Below are positions 20,601 through 29,287 of a stretch of DNA of 64,000 nucleotides, piece by piece. The DNA lies in the NCBI GenBank assembly GCA_963667725.2, contig CAXXHO010000003.1:1-64000 (forward strand), written 5' to 3'. Made by a program: the position numbers and the translations under genes. The notes under the pieces were generated by a model, which did not search any database, was not told where the DNA came from, and was given only the letters and a program-made list of their open reading frames with translations. How positions within the stretch are numbered: the stretch's first letter is position 1; each line of letters starts with the position of its first letter. The stretch is from Treponemataceae bacterium (GTDB lineage: Bacteria; Spirochaetota; Spirochaetia; Treponematales; Rectinemataceae).

Positions 20601-22372
20601 AGCCCGGCCAATACAATATCGCCATAGATGTAGCCGATCGTTTTGGTGCGGCCGCTAGCGCCCAAGGTTCTTTCTTGGTGTACCGGCCGGCTTCCGTCCT
20701 TTCGGCCGCCGTCAACGGCGGGCAGCCTGTTTATCTGCTATCCGAACAGGGAAGTCCCCTTGCCGCGAAACTAAGCCTCGAGGGAGGCATCGCGCCAGCG
20801 GTCTCATGGACCTTGGCGCAGGGAGATCTCAGCAGAGTAAAAACAGGCAACGAAGCGAGTTTCGGCTATGATGACCTGCGGCAATTCTTGGAAGGCCAGG
20901 CTGTCGTAACCGCGATTGTTGTGGACAAAGGCCTGACTGATGAGGGTACGGGGGAAGTGTACAGGAAAGATTTCCCCGTCGAATTTGTCCTGAATGCCGC
21001 GGCTACTTTGATCAGCCCGATACAGGGCGACATGTTCAGGGTCGGCGAGCCAGTTCCGCTTATGGTGGGTGTGGCAGGCTTCAATCAGCCAAGCTTCTCC
21101 CTGAGCTTGGATGGGCAATCCATCGAGACGAAGTGGACGAAAACGGAAGGGGTCGCCACCTACCAGGCCAGCATCCCCGCCGACACCCTCTCGTCCGATG
21201 GGGTCTTTGAACTAGCCATCCAGGCCAGCGAAAACGGAATGATGAGCTCGATTGCCTATACGCTCAATGTATACAAGCCGAGGGTCGGCATCTTCGTCGA
21301 CAGCCCGCCAGAAAAGGTGGATTTGACGGGGCAGCCGGGCACCGTGCGCGCGGTAGTCGCGGGGCTGCAGGGAGTGGATTCGATCCTCTGGCGCAGCGAT
21401 CTTTCGGCCAATCCCATAGGCACTGGCGAGACTCTGGACCTTGCCGCCGCGGGTCTGAAGCCTGGCGATCGCTCTATCACGGTGGAAGCCCGCGCGGGGA
21501 GCCAGACTTTGTCGACGGCCACATTCCTCCTCAAGGTGTATGGCGCCATGGAGCTGCAAGTGCTTCCGGCCGAGGCACCGCTCATCTTCCAGCGCGGGAC
21601 GGCCATGACCATGGACGCGGCGGCCAAAGACAGGGACGGTTCGGCATTGACCGGCGATTCCATTACCTGGACCTCCCATATCGATGGGTTGCTCGGCAGG
21701 GGAAATAGTTTGAATCTCGGTTCCTTGGCCAACCTCACCGGTGGCGACCATATCATCACCATCGAGGCGATCGGCGTCAGCGGTACGAAAATAGCCATCT
21801 TGAAGCAAATCCAGGTAAAAGTGCCGCAAGCGAAGGGTCAGGAAGGCTCGGGCGGTTCCGGAGACCAGGGCGGAGGAAGCGGAGAGGGCGGAGGATCGGG
21901 AGATCTTGACGATGGCGAGGAGATGCAAGGCGGACAGAAAAGAACGAATGCCCCAACCTATGCCCAGCAAGCCTTAGGCGCAGCGATTGAGGTGACCATA
22001 GCGCTGCAGCAATCCATACTGTCGTTTGACCAGGCGAATAGGATGGTGGCGGAAATGACGCAGAGAAATTCCGCCGTCTATGGAAACGGCGGTCCCTTCG
22101 CTCCGAAAATTACCTCTTCAATGGTATTGCTGAGAGGGATCAGCTCAGCCCGCGATAGGTTGATTCGGTTAAGGGGCAACGCGGATGTTGCGGCGAGGCA
22201 AGCCGTGCAGGCCGAGCTTCGCAGTGACCAAGCGGGGGCCAAGGCAGCGATGGAGAGGGCGATAGCTATTGCCGGGGAGGCGGAGAGTACAGTTCTCATG
22301 CAGAATGGAGACTTTGCCATGTTAAAGATCATCTATGACGAAGTCATGGCGGCGTTGGCGAATAATCCTTGA
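14636..22372 (+). CDS. Giant secreted Ig-like/PKD-repeat protein (~2,578 aa)
   Basis: GGAGG SD at 14624-14628; signal peptide ending SPVFS-Q; roughly two dozen ~90-aa repeats (P-x-h-x-I-x-x-P, W-x-h-D-G, G-x-H/Y-x-h-x-h-x-A-x-D); Gly-rich linker then a helical C-terminal domain. Confidence 0.88.
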   Translation: MNRALMLVHSKFFRRFMLFTLVLFLGAVSPVFSQVRSARARVLEQPGDIMTTRKANFQPGDILSTSLISINIKNGEGAAFLLLKMKIQFGGEWRDEYVEASFVKKLATNESFTFTNKDLLNYLGNIRSNDFKYSETLISKTGISDVSQIANIGNIRIPEGTVSITLTVSEITLSDPNDINSSYTVVKEWIKETDANAKVEFNVVTISNLELVKSPTFDSLTLSFKVPEIPVYNDAKGTSTSSTKVKITGANGYSYTMGKDHLKSTAGSLSFKGYPGDLKADSGEVTYDLSGARFRAGETYSMEMSFIDWNGDTIVSLTKIITFPTPSLTQSATVNKDDPFRPSFSWSFRTNDYSSWVKEYRVFVNDSYVGTTNDTSYTLTDPLTPSSTNSWYIMPYNKDGTAFFSSTSGILQTLTAKSHTELAVTTSAPENRSVLFKGETYDFKGAATFYDGATEKTSTWKIGNDSKSGLEISYVPQTRYTNNSLSATLSVTDSLGLTKASPALQLTVLDPAIAMPGAAAVTVDKGSSMTFSLDGSKTRDLSTYEWFVGGSSAGTGTGPKSVTFDEKGKYEVYVQGTTVADLKGDIKTLQSSKIIVTVAGTAPVVSISQPASGSGLILRNTVRVKASIESENVLKSTTWTVSGPDVSQTGATGAELAFKPLKVGEYTLTCVAADEFQKSGQAQIRILVSDPSITIAKPAQGDVYALTATLIPSISAPNASRIAWYIDDVEISGSSYALAKGGTGEFTLKATGFWRTVDIDGKDAEYSESASTTFKVKDLTPPRVTISFPENAMVLKAGESYRFDGTAESDSSIAGTWWDVDGTKLASDSYTIPANTTKKSMTVTFSAKNDDGIVNAKSVTLRIVNPSVFLSAPSIVQYPVRGAVPISATAIDATLFWLIDDVEATTWSKTFDQAGVHTVQAGWRVTAVDGSRSTKEYSGLSDKISFTIYDTQIPVINSFSPASLTLKEVLGTNIAFSLSASSENPLKATQWRITSGQGVVLEWSGASVLYSFGDPGQYAVLASASDTFGYSASAEWTVKIIKPSISAGFATSERTFGLNTVPTPSVTSQDIASYAFVLDGQTLPKDFNWSTVSVGVHQLKAIGYYSVSSQTGLQEIQSNPVTFEVVDTRPPTFTVEGLADGDRIIAGQRYTYRIVSSQSPLFIEWLMNGSIVENPDAATNPKAYSFTAAADSADLNLTARVRGSSKGVAAEKSVKLRVITPSIRIVLPASMARNGLYPAQTALPLQAEISQVDRVAWTVDNQASAGQTVSLTPGNHTLAVKGFATGVRLSGGSYGEYEVTPREFPNGVTITVAEPLTLATLSATPASIYSGETVNVAVTTAGNGTLLDSFVFSVDGSVLAQGKSASISIPNLSVGTHKISAKVTDLFGTSSEKDVAVTVYQPLTLTITQPANGFRLAPDSNLFVAMTASGQYSKLFWTIDAAQVPNSGFASGSLGKLKPGIHTIGVSATDSLNKVVSASVSVEVQSDFLLNILYPSGSLEAILGTTVVCAAGIEKVAGADIPLADAAGYITWYVNGSPKGKGLSYSFVADALGNQVIQAKYEKGAMIRATAERTVIVRDIAEPAILKPANGASLVYALGDTIELQATGEPGASFVWSIDGAAVAYGSQGAFAPNGLAGQKQLSLTANAFGRTKETLATVNLGVDAPPILTLTAPPLLFTGQRLSWTASAFDVEDQESPAIEIYLDGVLQDSANPKMLTVEDVGQHVLSARSKDKRNLIATRQVSIKVEPGELPLEIQSPLPGKVYYSGFDIPLIASVDTGAAESAAQGTFAWTIQYLDDTTGQEGTASGQSTSIRPSSLGEVAVTLRYIDAAGRERGKKQISLRVDPEPLQLSIEWPHGAMVNAGTALKPKLIGLPAGADPGTAVWSLNGLPVNDINALVASSIAGQYTLAAEYFANGSRDRAELLFLVNGAPTVRIETPASGQRFTFGSAVVLSAKIEDDQPFNGSITWKSGDRIMGTENPAVALSLEPGQYNIAIDVADRFGAAASAQGSFLVYRPASVLSAAVNGGQPVYLLSEQGSPLAAKLSLEGGIAPAVSWTLAQGDLSRVKTGNEASFGYDDLRQFLEGQAVVTAIVVDKGLTDEGTGEVYRKDFPVEFVLNAAATLISPIQGDMFRVGEPVPLMVGVAGFNQPSFSLSLDGQSIETKWTKTEGVATYQASIPADTLSSDGVFELAIQASENGMMSSIAYTLNVYKPRVGIFVDSPPEKVDLTGQPGTVRAVVAGLQGVDSILWRSDLSANPIGTGETLDLAAAGLKPGDRSITVEARAGSQTLSTATFLLKVYGAMELQVLPAEAPLIFQRGTAMTMDAAAKDRDGSALTGDSITWTSHIDGLLGRGNSLNLGSLANLTGGDHIITIEAIGVSGTKIAILKQIQVKVPQAKGQEGSGGSGDQGGGSGEGGGSGDLDDGEEMQGGQKRTNAPTYAQQALGAAIEVTIALQQSILSFDQANRMVAEMTQRNSAVYGNGGPFAPKITSSMVLLRGISSARDRLIRLRGNADVAARQAVQAELRSDQAGAKAAMERAIAIAGEAESTVLMQNGDFAMLKIIYDEVMAALANNP

Positions 22373-22400
22373 AAGGCCGGAATCCGGAAAAGGGAAAACC

Positions 22401-24965
22401 ATGAAAAAGCTAACCTTTATCGCGCTCTTTCTCTGCGTTTCGACCTTGGCGATCTTCGGATACGATGTCACCATTCCGAACGAAGTCCCCTCATACAAAG
22501 ACCTGGTCGTCACCCTTAATGTGGAATCGGGACTTAAAATCGCCGAGGCGAGATTCTACCTCCTTCCCGAACGCAGCGATGTGCCACAGTACGCCAAATT
22601 CACCGAGAAGAATGGCAAGTGGACAACGGTGATTCCCTTCGAATACCTGCGCGGCGAAGAGCTTATCTACTACGTGCAAGTAAAAACGGCGGGAGGGTCG
22701 GTCAGCAGGTTTCCCGCCATGGGAACCCGTAAAGCCAGACTCGTGCCCGATACGATTCCCCCTAAGTTTACGCTTAAATCCCCCGAAACGAAAATTCTTA
22801 TCAGGGGAAAGGAGCAGATGGTTGTCTTCCAGATAATCGAGGACAGCGAGATAAAGACAAGCGAGGTTCGATACAAGGGTAAAGCTCTCGACAAGGTTAT
22901 GGTATATCAGGACTATCTCACGTTCTTCATAACACCGGTCAACGATAAGGCCGCGGAGGCCTCGGTGGACCTCTCTGTCTCCGATATCTACGGGAACGCG
23001 GCCAAGGAGACGGTCACCTTCGCGCTCGAAAAGGGCGTCGAGCCCTTCTTCTCCGCCGAGGCGGATTATATCGCCACACTGGAGGCGGAATACAGTCTGA
23101 CCATGGGAGAAACCGCCAACACGACGGATCTCGCCACGTTCTTCGGCGATATGCGGCATGATGTCAACCTGACCTATGAAATTGGAGGCGGAACCAAACT
23201 CAGGGCCGGACCGCTAAAGCTGGAGTTGGCGGGGACGCTGGCCGATGATATTTCTATTTTCGACATCCCGGCTGCCTATCCGAATGCGCTCATCGCCGAT
23301 TACCAGAACATCATGAACCTCTGGAATCCTTGGGCTTTCGACAACGAGTTCGACTACGGCGGCGAAGTGGCAAGGAAGTTCTACAACGACAACAAGATGC
23401 TGGCGAGATTGTCGCTCTTCGATCCTTACCTCTCCTACGCGTTCGGCGATCAGAAGCTGAGTTTCCAGAAGGAAACGATAAAGGATTTCGAGTTCCGCGG
23501 CTCATCGATTTCCCTCAACACACCCTTCCTGGACCTTACCGTCGCGAAAGGGCTCTCCGACCTGGGACTCTACCAGACCGCCTGGCCTCAGAACTTCTTC
23601 GGACTGCAGGCGGGCATCAGCGTGTTTGACTACTGGTGGCTGCAGACGAACGTCTCCTTTATCAGCTCCCTGCAGGGACGATACGACGATATAGCGGCGT
23701 CCGGCGTCTCGCCGATCGGGATACTCTACGACCTGGCCGACGTGAAACCCGAGGAAAGTCTGGTATTCGGTTTGGATATGGGCACGAAGAACAAGCTCTT
23801 CAACCTCTCGGGAGGGCTCGGCCTCACGCTCTATACCGATGACGCCGGCAGTATCCTGGATAAGGATAAGCTCGCTTCGGACATCAACGATGGATTTGGC
23901 TTCGATATCAGCCCCTATTTGAGCTATGTGGACATGGTGACCAACATTTTCCCCGTTTTCGATTACTTCCCCCTCACCACTGGCCTCACCGCGGCGGCGG
24001 TGAACCGAAGCCTTTGGGGCATTACCTACGGCGGCGACCTCGAGATACCTACCCTGGGATTGGAGGGCTGGTATCATAAAACGGACAGCTCGTACAAGAG
24101 CCTTGCCGCCGCCGTGGATACCGACGTGCTGGACTGGGGCGCCGCGTGGAAAAAGACGGTGTGGGATTACGATGTATTCCTGAGCTATGCCTGGCAGCAG
24201 GATAATGTCCCCGATATTCTCTTCAACGATATATTACCTCTCCTTGGCATGGCCTCGACCGCGGATCCTTCGGAATATGACATTTCAAATATAAGCAACA
24301 CGGTCGATATCGCCATCGGCACGCCGGCTAAAGGCGCTTTCGGGAGCCTCCTCTTTCTCTACACCTTCGAGTGGGTAGATACGAACGCGACAAAACTCGC
24401 GGCCCTCATAACGGATGACGCGGCAGCGGCAGCGGCCATCGTCAATTCCAGTTATAATGACTCATCGTTGACGCATACGGGCGGCTTGAAATGGAAGAGC
24501 GGCAGGATCAAGTCCGGCAATTTCATATTTACGTTGGGCGCTTCCACCGAGGACTCCTATGTCACCTATCTTAGGGTGGACGGCGTGGAGGGCAACACGA
24601 GCGTCTGGGAGCTGGAATTTGCGTTGGACGGCGGTTTCCAATACGACCGTTACAAACTGAATCTCGGCTTTGAGCATGGATGGAGCACCGAGGCTTCCTC
24701 CGAGAGCACCTACGGCTATGACGCCAAATTCACGCTTCTGAAGAGTTTCTTCGATACGCTGACACTGGCTGGATCATTTGACCAGACCTATGAGGACGGT
24801 CTTGCGCAGGATTACGCCATCGGGGGAATCTTCACGCTTGGCAAACGGTTCGGCGTGTTGAGCATGGGCGCGTCGGTGGAAGTGGATTACACCGATTCGC
24901 TCGTCGATAATGCCGATGACGCGCTGACTGCCGCCGTAACGGTTACGGGAGGCATATCGCTCTAG
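22401..24965 (+). CDS. Large predicted outer-membrane beta-barrel protein with N-terminal Ig-like domains
   Basis: Signal peptide; ~200-aa basic beta-sandwich region (PDTIPPKF), then an acidic, aromatic-rich region of alternating strands ending AAVTVTGGISL. Confidence 0.7.
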   Translation: MKKLTFIALFLCVSTLAIFGYDVTIPNEVPSYKDLVVTLNVESGLKIAEARFYLLPERSDVPQYAKFTEKNGKWTTVIPFEYLRGEELIYYVQVKTAGGSVSRFPAMGTRKARLVPDTIPPKFTLKSPETKILIRGKEQMVVFQIIEDSEIKTSEVRYKGKALDKVMVYQDYLTFFITPVNDKAAEASVDLSVSDIYGNAAKETVTFALEKGVEPFFSAEADYIATLEAEYSLTMGETANTTDLATFFGDMRHDVNLTYEIGGGTKLRAGPLKLELAGTLADDISIFDIPAAYPNALIADYQNIMNLWNPWAFDNEFDYGGEVARKFYNDNKMLARLSLFDPYLSYAFGDQKLSFQKETIKDFEFRGSSISLNTPFLDLTVAKGLSDLGLYQTAWPQNFFGLQAGISVFDYWWLQTNVSFISSLQGRYDDIAASGVSPIGILYDLADVKPEESLVFGLDMGTKNKLFNLSGGLGLTLYTDDAGSILDKDKLASDINDGFGFDISPYLSYVDMVTNIFPVFDYFPLTTGLTAAAVNRSLWGITYGGDLEIPTLGLEGWYHKTDSSYKSLAAAVDTDVLDWGAAWKKTVWDYDVFLSYAWQQDNVPDILFNDILPLLGMASTADPSEYDISNISNTVDIAIGTPAKGAFGSLLFLYTFEWVDTNATKLAALITDDAAAAAAIVNSSYNDSSLTHTGGLKWKSGRIKSGNFIFTLGASTEDSYVTYLRVDGVEGNTSVWELEFALDGGFQYDRYKLNLGFEHGWSTEASSESTYGYDAKFTLLKSFFDTLTLAGSFDQTYEDGLAQDYAIGGIFTLGKRFGVLSMGASVEVDYTDSLVDNADDALTAAVTVTGGISL

Positions 24966-25003
24966 CGAATGATCGCTAGCGATTATTCGCTGGCGATCAT
25001 TCG
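24966..25003. terminator. Hairpin between convergent genes (probable bidirectional terminator)
   Basis: CGAATGATCGCTAGCGA-TTAT-TCGCTGGCGATCATTCG, 17-bp stem with one wobble. Confidence 0.65.
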
Positions 25004-25656
25004 TGGAAGAAGTCTTCCGCGAGCGTCTTCTCGATCAGGTTTTTCGCCCGTACGCTTTCCGGTACGGGCGCGGCCTGGCTGTTCACGGTTGCGAGAATGA
25101 GATCGAATTTCTTTTTCAGTAATTTCTTTTCCATCGCCCATACCTGGATCACGCGATAGAGCTCCTTGTCCGGCTTCGCGTCCGCCGCGTAGGTCTGGAT
25201 TTTTACCCACCAATCGGCTTTTTTCGTGAAATCCTCGTAGATCGCCTCTTCCACGCCGCTTAGGAAGCGCTCGCTATAGGCGGAGAAACTCAAAAAATCC
25301 TGGGCGGGTACTTTCGCGTTCTTGAGCGCATCCCCAACCCGGACGGAAAGAAAGTAGCCCATTTCGGTCTGAGGACGCACTTTTCCCGCGAGCTCATTGG
25401 CGCGTTCCAGATTCTGCGCCTCGGACACCGTCGTGACGACTATCATGCCGGCGAAGTCGGGCATCTTTTCCAGGCTTAAGGTGTCGCCCAGCATCGCGGC
25501 TGGTACCCAAAGCGGCATAGTGATTTTTCCCGACATTCCCTTGTCTTCGATGATGACATCGCTCTTCTTTGGTGCCGCCGAGGTGGCGCAGGATGAGATC
25601 AGCGCGAGCGCGCCTACGGATAGCGCAAATACTGTAATGGCGATTTTTCTTTTCAT
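24997..25656 (-). CDS. Lipoprotein of unknown function
   Basis: AGGAGG SD; lipobox LISS-C. Confidence 0.75.
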   Translation of the reverse strand: MKRKIAITVFALSVGALALISSCATSAAPKKSDVIIEDKGMSGKITMPLWVPAAMLGDTLSLEKMPDFAGMIVVTTVSEAQNLERANELAGKVRPQTEMGYFLSVRVGDALKNAKVPAQDFLSFSAYSERFLSGVEEAIYEDFTKKADWWVKIQTYAADAKPDKELYRVIQVWAMEKKLLKKKFDLILATVNSQAAPVPESVRAKNLIEKTLAEDFFHE

Positions 25657-25869
25657 CCTGCCCTCCTGGATGGTTTGTCGTATCGTTTATCCGGTCCGAA
25701 AGCTGTCATCGGCGAGGTTGTATCGGCGCTGTCGCCGCGTGTTCATTGAAATCAAGTATAGTAGCATTATCGCGAAATCAAAAGGGCATATTGGCGAATA
25801 CTTCCGCCGAACAGCGCGGTTCAAGGCTAGTGGCATGCAAAGTAATTATGTGCATGCTTTTTTATGCGC

Positions 25870-26394
25870 TCAGAGCTTCCACTTGACGCCTATCATGCCT
25901 GTATACCCAACATCGAGGCCGAAAAAGTATGGGATGCTGATGTCAGCGTGGATAGCGAGATTGGGATTGATGAAGTAGGAAATGCCGCTCGCCGCCAAGG
26001 GCCCAGCGCCGAAATACGCTCCGACGCAACCGCCAAGGCCAAGACCCCAGTACCAGTCGAAATTGCGCAGGAAACGGGGAAGTGACATAAAGGTGTTCAG
26101 GCCGAAGTGCATGGTCGCCATCGCGCCGAGGTCGAGCATAAGGCCGGGGTAGCCGAAGCTTGCCTTGGCTGCCGCGCCGAAAGTCAGGGGCACGGTCTTG
26201 GCGATATCCCACCTGGCGAAAATGTACTCGGCGCCGCCTCCTATCCCGAAACCATAATAGCCGAAAAGCGCTCCCGCGTTGACGATGAGTTCCCCCTTAT
26301 TCGCGTGGGGAAGGGCTGCCGCTTCCGGGGCTTCGGCAAAAGCGAAGACGCACATGAGACAGAGAATTGCCGCGAACGCCGCATATTTCTTCAT
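25870..26394 (-). CDS. Small predicted outer-membrane beta-barrel protein
   Basis: AAGGAG SD before MKKYAAF; signal peptide; about 8 Gly/aromatic-rich strands; ends GVKWKL. Confidence 0.7.
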   Translation of the reverse strand: MKKYAAFAAILCLMCVFAFAEAPEAAALPHANKGELIVNAGALFGYYGFGIGGGAEYIFARWDIAKTVPLTFGAAAKASFGYPGLMLDLGAMATMHFGLNTFMSLPRFLRNFDWYWGLGLGGCVGAYFGAGPLAASGISYFINPNLAIHADISIPYFFGLDVGYTGMIGVKWKL

Positions 26395-26543
26395 GTCGCT
26401 CTCCTTTATAGCAGGCATGTCCCGTCATCAGACGCGACATGCGCTTCAAGGCTTGAGCTTATCACTCATCGGTTAGCCTTTCCATTCGGTTTTTACCATG
26501 TTAAATTTCCGGAATCTATTGAAGCGCCGAATAGGAGGCTGCC

Positions 26544-27044
26544 ATGCCTGGCAGTATGGAATTGAGCGGGAAGCCGGTATCGGAATCCCTTGTGGAAATG
26601 GACGACGTGGTGCAGCCCTCGGATGTGAATCTCTACGGCACGATTTTTGGCGGTCATCTCATGTCCTTGGTGGACAAGGCCGCCGGAATCGCCGCGTTCA
26701 AGCATTCGGGCGAGAGCGTGGTCACCGTATCGGTGGATCAGCTCATATTCAAGAATCCGGCGCCTGTGGGCACTGTCTTGATGATCAGGGCATCGGTGAA
26801 TCGCGTCTTCAATACCTCGATGGAGGTCGGCGTCCGGGTTACGGGCTGGCGGCCGGGTTCCCGGGAAGAAGTGCTGATCTGCCCCGCCTATCTGACTTTC
26901 GTGGCTGTCGGTCCCGATAAAAGACCCATTCAGGTCCGGCCTATCCTTCCCGAGACGCCCGAACAGCTACGCCGTTACCAGCAGGCGGGCATCCGCCGCG
27001 AAGCCCGTCTCTCACTCGCGCGGAGACTTAAGGACCATCGCTAG
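26544..27044 (+). CDS. Acyl-CoA thioesterase (hotdog fold, YciA-like)
   Basis: DVNLYGTIFGGHLMSLVD, VTVSVD, TSMEVGV, TFVAV. Confidence 0.92.
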   Translation: MPGSMELSGKPVSESLVEMDDVVQPSDVNLYGTIFGGHLMSLVDKAAGIAAFKHSGESVVTVSVDQLIFKNPAPVGTVLMIRASVNRVFNTSMEVGVRVTGWRPGSREEVLICPAYLTFVAVGPDKRPIQVRPILPETPEQLRRYQQAGIRREARLSLARRLKDHR

Positions 27045-28257
27045 CCCGGGGCGGTCGAGATGTCTCATTCACCCTGAGCGCGAGGGAGGCGAAGATGGTC
27101 AGCCCCCCGAGGATGAGGAGGGCGGCGTTGAGTGAGAGATCGGCGATCATGCCCACCAGAGGGTAGAGCAGGGCTATAAGGACCCGTTCCAGCATCGAAA
27201 TGCCCGAAAGCACTGTGGCGCGGTTGGAATCCTCGATATGGTCGTTCATGAGGGCTGAAAGCATCGGCGCCCTGAAAAGCCTCAGGTTCGTCACGCCGAA
27301 CATGACGATGAGATCGACGACGATATTCGGGAACAGCCCGGCGCCGATATAGAGCAGGCCAGGCATCAGGGAGGAGAGGAAGAGCGCTCGGGCTATGCCC
27401 ATCTTTTTCTGGATGAAGGGCGTCGTCTGCAGGAGCAGCATGGCGCTGAGGTTGAAGGCCGAGCCGACGAAGCCGAACCAGGCCACGGGCAAGGCGTTCC
27501 GCGTGAGCATGGACTGGTAAAACCAGAACATGAAAAACGTGAGGGCTGAGATGGCCGCGTAATTGAGGCCGAAACCGCGCAGCTCCTTCGTTCTGAATAT
27601 CTGGAGGAAGCCGTCGATTCCATGCCTCAGGAAGTTCTCGCCGCCGCGTTTTTCCATGGTTTCCCTGACGCCGAGGACGATGAGGCCGGATATCCCCAGC
27701 GCCGCGGCCGTGAATACGAACACCAGACCCAGGGCTTCCTTATAGGGAACGATGCCGCTGCCCGCGAACAGGGAGCCCAGGGGAAAGCTTATGAATAGCC
27801 CCGCCGTGCCGGCCGACTCATAGCGGGCGAACACGTTGGCGGTATTTTCGGCGTTCCTGTCGCGCTTTATTACCTCGTAGAGCAGGGCTTTGTCCGCGCC
27901 GCTGACGAGCGTCATGCCCAGGGCGCAGATAAGCTCCGCCACGAGAAGAATCCCGAATGAATGGAATATGCCGAACATGAGGAAGCCTGCCGCGAGAAAA
28001 AGCGATCCCAGGCAGAGGGAGATTTTCCTGCCCCATCGGTCGGCGACGACGCCCGCGGGCACCTCGAGGATCATCATGGCGGCGGAAAACACCATCTCGA
28101 GCGTGAACATCCGGGCATAGCCCATTTCGAGGCGGTGGATATAAAAGGGAACGGCCACCGCCCCGAAAAACTGCAGGTTCTTGAAAAAACTGAAAGCATA
28201 GAGCGCGATTATGCCTTTATTATCCCGCTTCATCCCCAAGCTCTCCATGGCGATCAC
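27028..28257 (-). CDS. MFS transporter
   Basis: EVPAGVVADRWGRK motif A; ~12 TM segments; RATVLS. Confidence 0.9.
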   Translation of the reverse strand: MIAMESLGMKRDNKGIIALYAFSFFKNLQFFGAVAVPFYIHRLEMGYARMFTLEMVFSAAMMILEVPAGVVADRWGRKISLCLGSLFLAAGFLMFGIFHSFGILLVAELICALGMTLVSGADKALLYEVIKRDRNAENTANVFARYESAGTAGLFISFPLGSLFAGSGIVPYKEALGLVFVFTAAALGISGLIVLGVRETMEKRGGENFLRHGIDGFLQIFRTKELRGFGLNYAAISALTFFMFWFYQSMLTRNALPVAWFGFVGSAFNLSAMLLLQTTPFIQKKMGIARALFLSSLMPGLLYIGAGLFPNIVVDLIVMFGVTNLRLFRAPMLSALMNDHIEDSNRATVLSGISMLERVLIALLYPLVGMIADLSLNAALLILGGLTIFASLALRVNETSRPPRASDGP

Positions 28258-29238
28258 TTAGCGATGGACGATGAGGTTGCTGGAATAGGGAATGGCGAGA
28301 TTCGCGATCTTTTTCTTACGGCGCTCGCTGAGCAGCAGAGCCCCGACCACGGAAGCTAAGAGGCTTCCGCTGAATATGCCCATGAATGCCAATGGCAGGT
28401 TCTGGAAGGGCAGATCGACGTTCATGCCGAAGAAACTCGAGATGAGGGTCGGTATCATGAGCACGATAGAAACAATGGTGAGTCGGCGCATCACCCTGTT
28501 GAGATTGTTCGAGATGACGCTCGCGAAGGCATCCATCGTGCCCGTAAGAATCGAGGAATAGATATTGGCCATCTCGATGGCCTGCTTGTTGTCGGTGAGG
28601 ACGTCCTCCAGAAGCTCCTGCTCATCTTCCTTGAAATGGATGAAGGGAGATTTCTGCAGCTTTTCGAGGAGAAGTTCGTTGGTCTTGAGGCTCGTCGTGA
28701 AGTAGACGAGGGATTTCTGGACGGAGAGGAGCTGGACGAGTTCGTTGTTCTTGACTGACTCCTGCAGTTCTCTCTCGATGATGGCCGTCTTCTTGTTGAG
28801 CTCTTTCAGGGCGCGCAGATAGCTCAACGCCGCTCTCCCCATGAGGTTGAGCACGAAGGCGCTTTTGTTTTTCACGCTGAAGTCGCGGATTCTGTGCCCC
28901 GTCAGATCGTCGAGCACGTCGCTGGAACGCTGGCATATGGTGACGATTTTGTCGCCGAAAAGGATGATGCCCACAGGCACGGCGGAATATGTCACTTCCG
29001 AATTCTGGTCGAAGACGGGCAGGCGGACGATGATGGCGGTATATTCGTCTTCCTTTTCGATGCGCGCCTGTTCGTCCTGGTCCATGATGTCGGCGATGAG
29101 TTCAGCCTGGATGCCGAAATCTTTTTCCAGCTTGGCGAGGTCTTCCCTTGTGACATTGCGGGCGTCGACCCAGCAGTCCTTCACGATTTCGCTGCTCTGG
29201 GAAAGCTTCTTGTCGTCTTGAGTCCTGATCGTGATCAT
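28258..29238 (-). CDS. corA: CorA family Mg2+ transporter
   Basis: SNNLNRVMRRLT...PTLISSFFGMN (GMN signature). Confidence 0.95.
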   Translation of the reverse strand: MITIRTQDDKKLSQSSEIVKDCWVDARNVTREDLAKLEKDFGIQAELIADIMDQDEQARIEKEDEYTAIIVRLPVFDQNSEVTYSAVPVGIILFGDKIVTICQRSSDVLDDLTGHRIRDFSVKNKSAFVLNLMGRAALSYLRALKELNKKTAIIERELQESVKNNELVQLLSVQKSLVYFTTSLKTNELLLEKLQKSPFIHFKEDEQELLEDVLTDNKQAIEMANIYSSILTGTMDAFASVISNNLNRVMRRLTIVSIVLMIPTLISSFFGMNVDLPFQNLPLAFMGIFSGSLLASVVGALLLSERRKKKIANLAIPYSSNLIVHR

Positions 29239-29241
29239 TTT

Positions 29242-29276
29242 GGTTTCTCCTTGGGCGGTAAAAACCTGGAGAAACC
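29242..29276 (-). promoter_or_regulatory. Anti-SD/SD hairpin covering the corA ribosome-binding site
   Basis: On the mRNA, GGTTTCTCC (29276-29268) is perfectly complementary to GGAGAAACC (29250-29242), 3 nt before the corA ATG. Confidence 0.7.
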
Positions 29277-29287
29277 GGTGGGAAGGC

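Noticed and set aside
14317..26000. Integrative element inserted at the tRNA-Lys 3' end
   Set aside because: I found no integrase and no downstream duplicate of the tRNA 3' end by eye.
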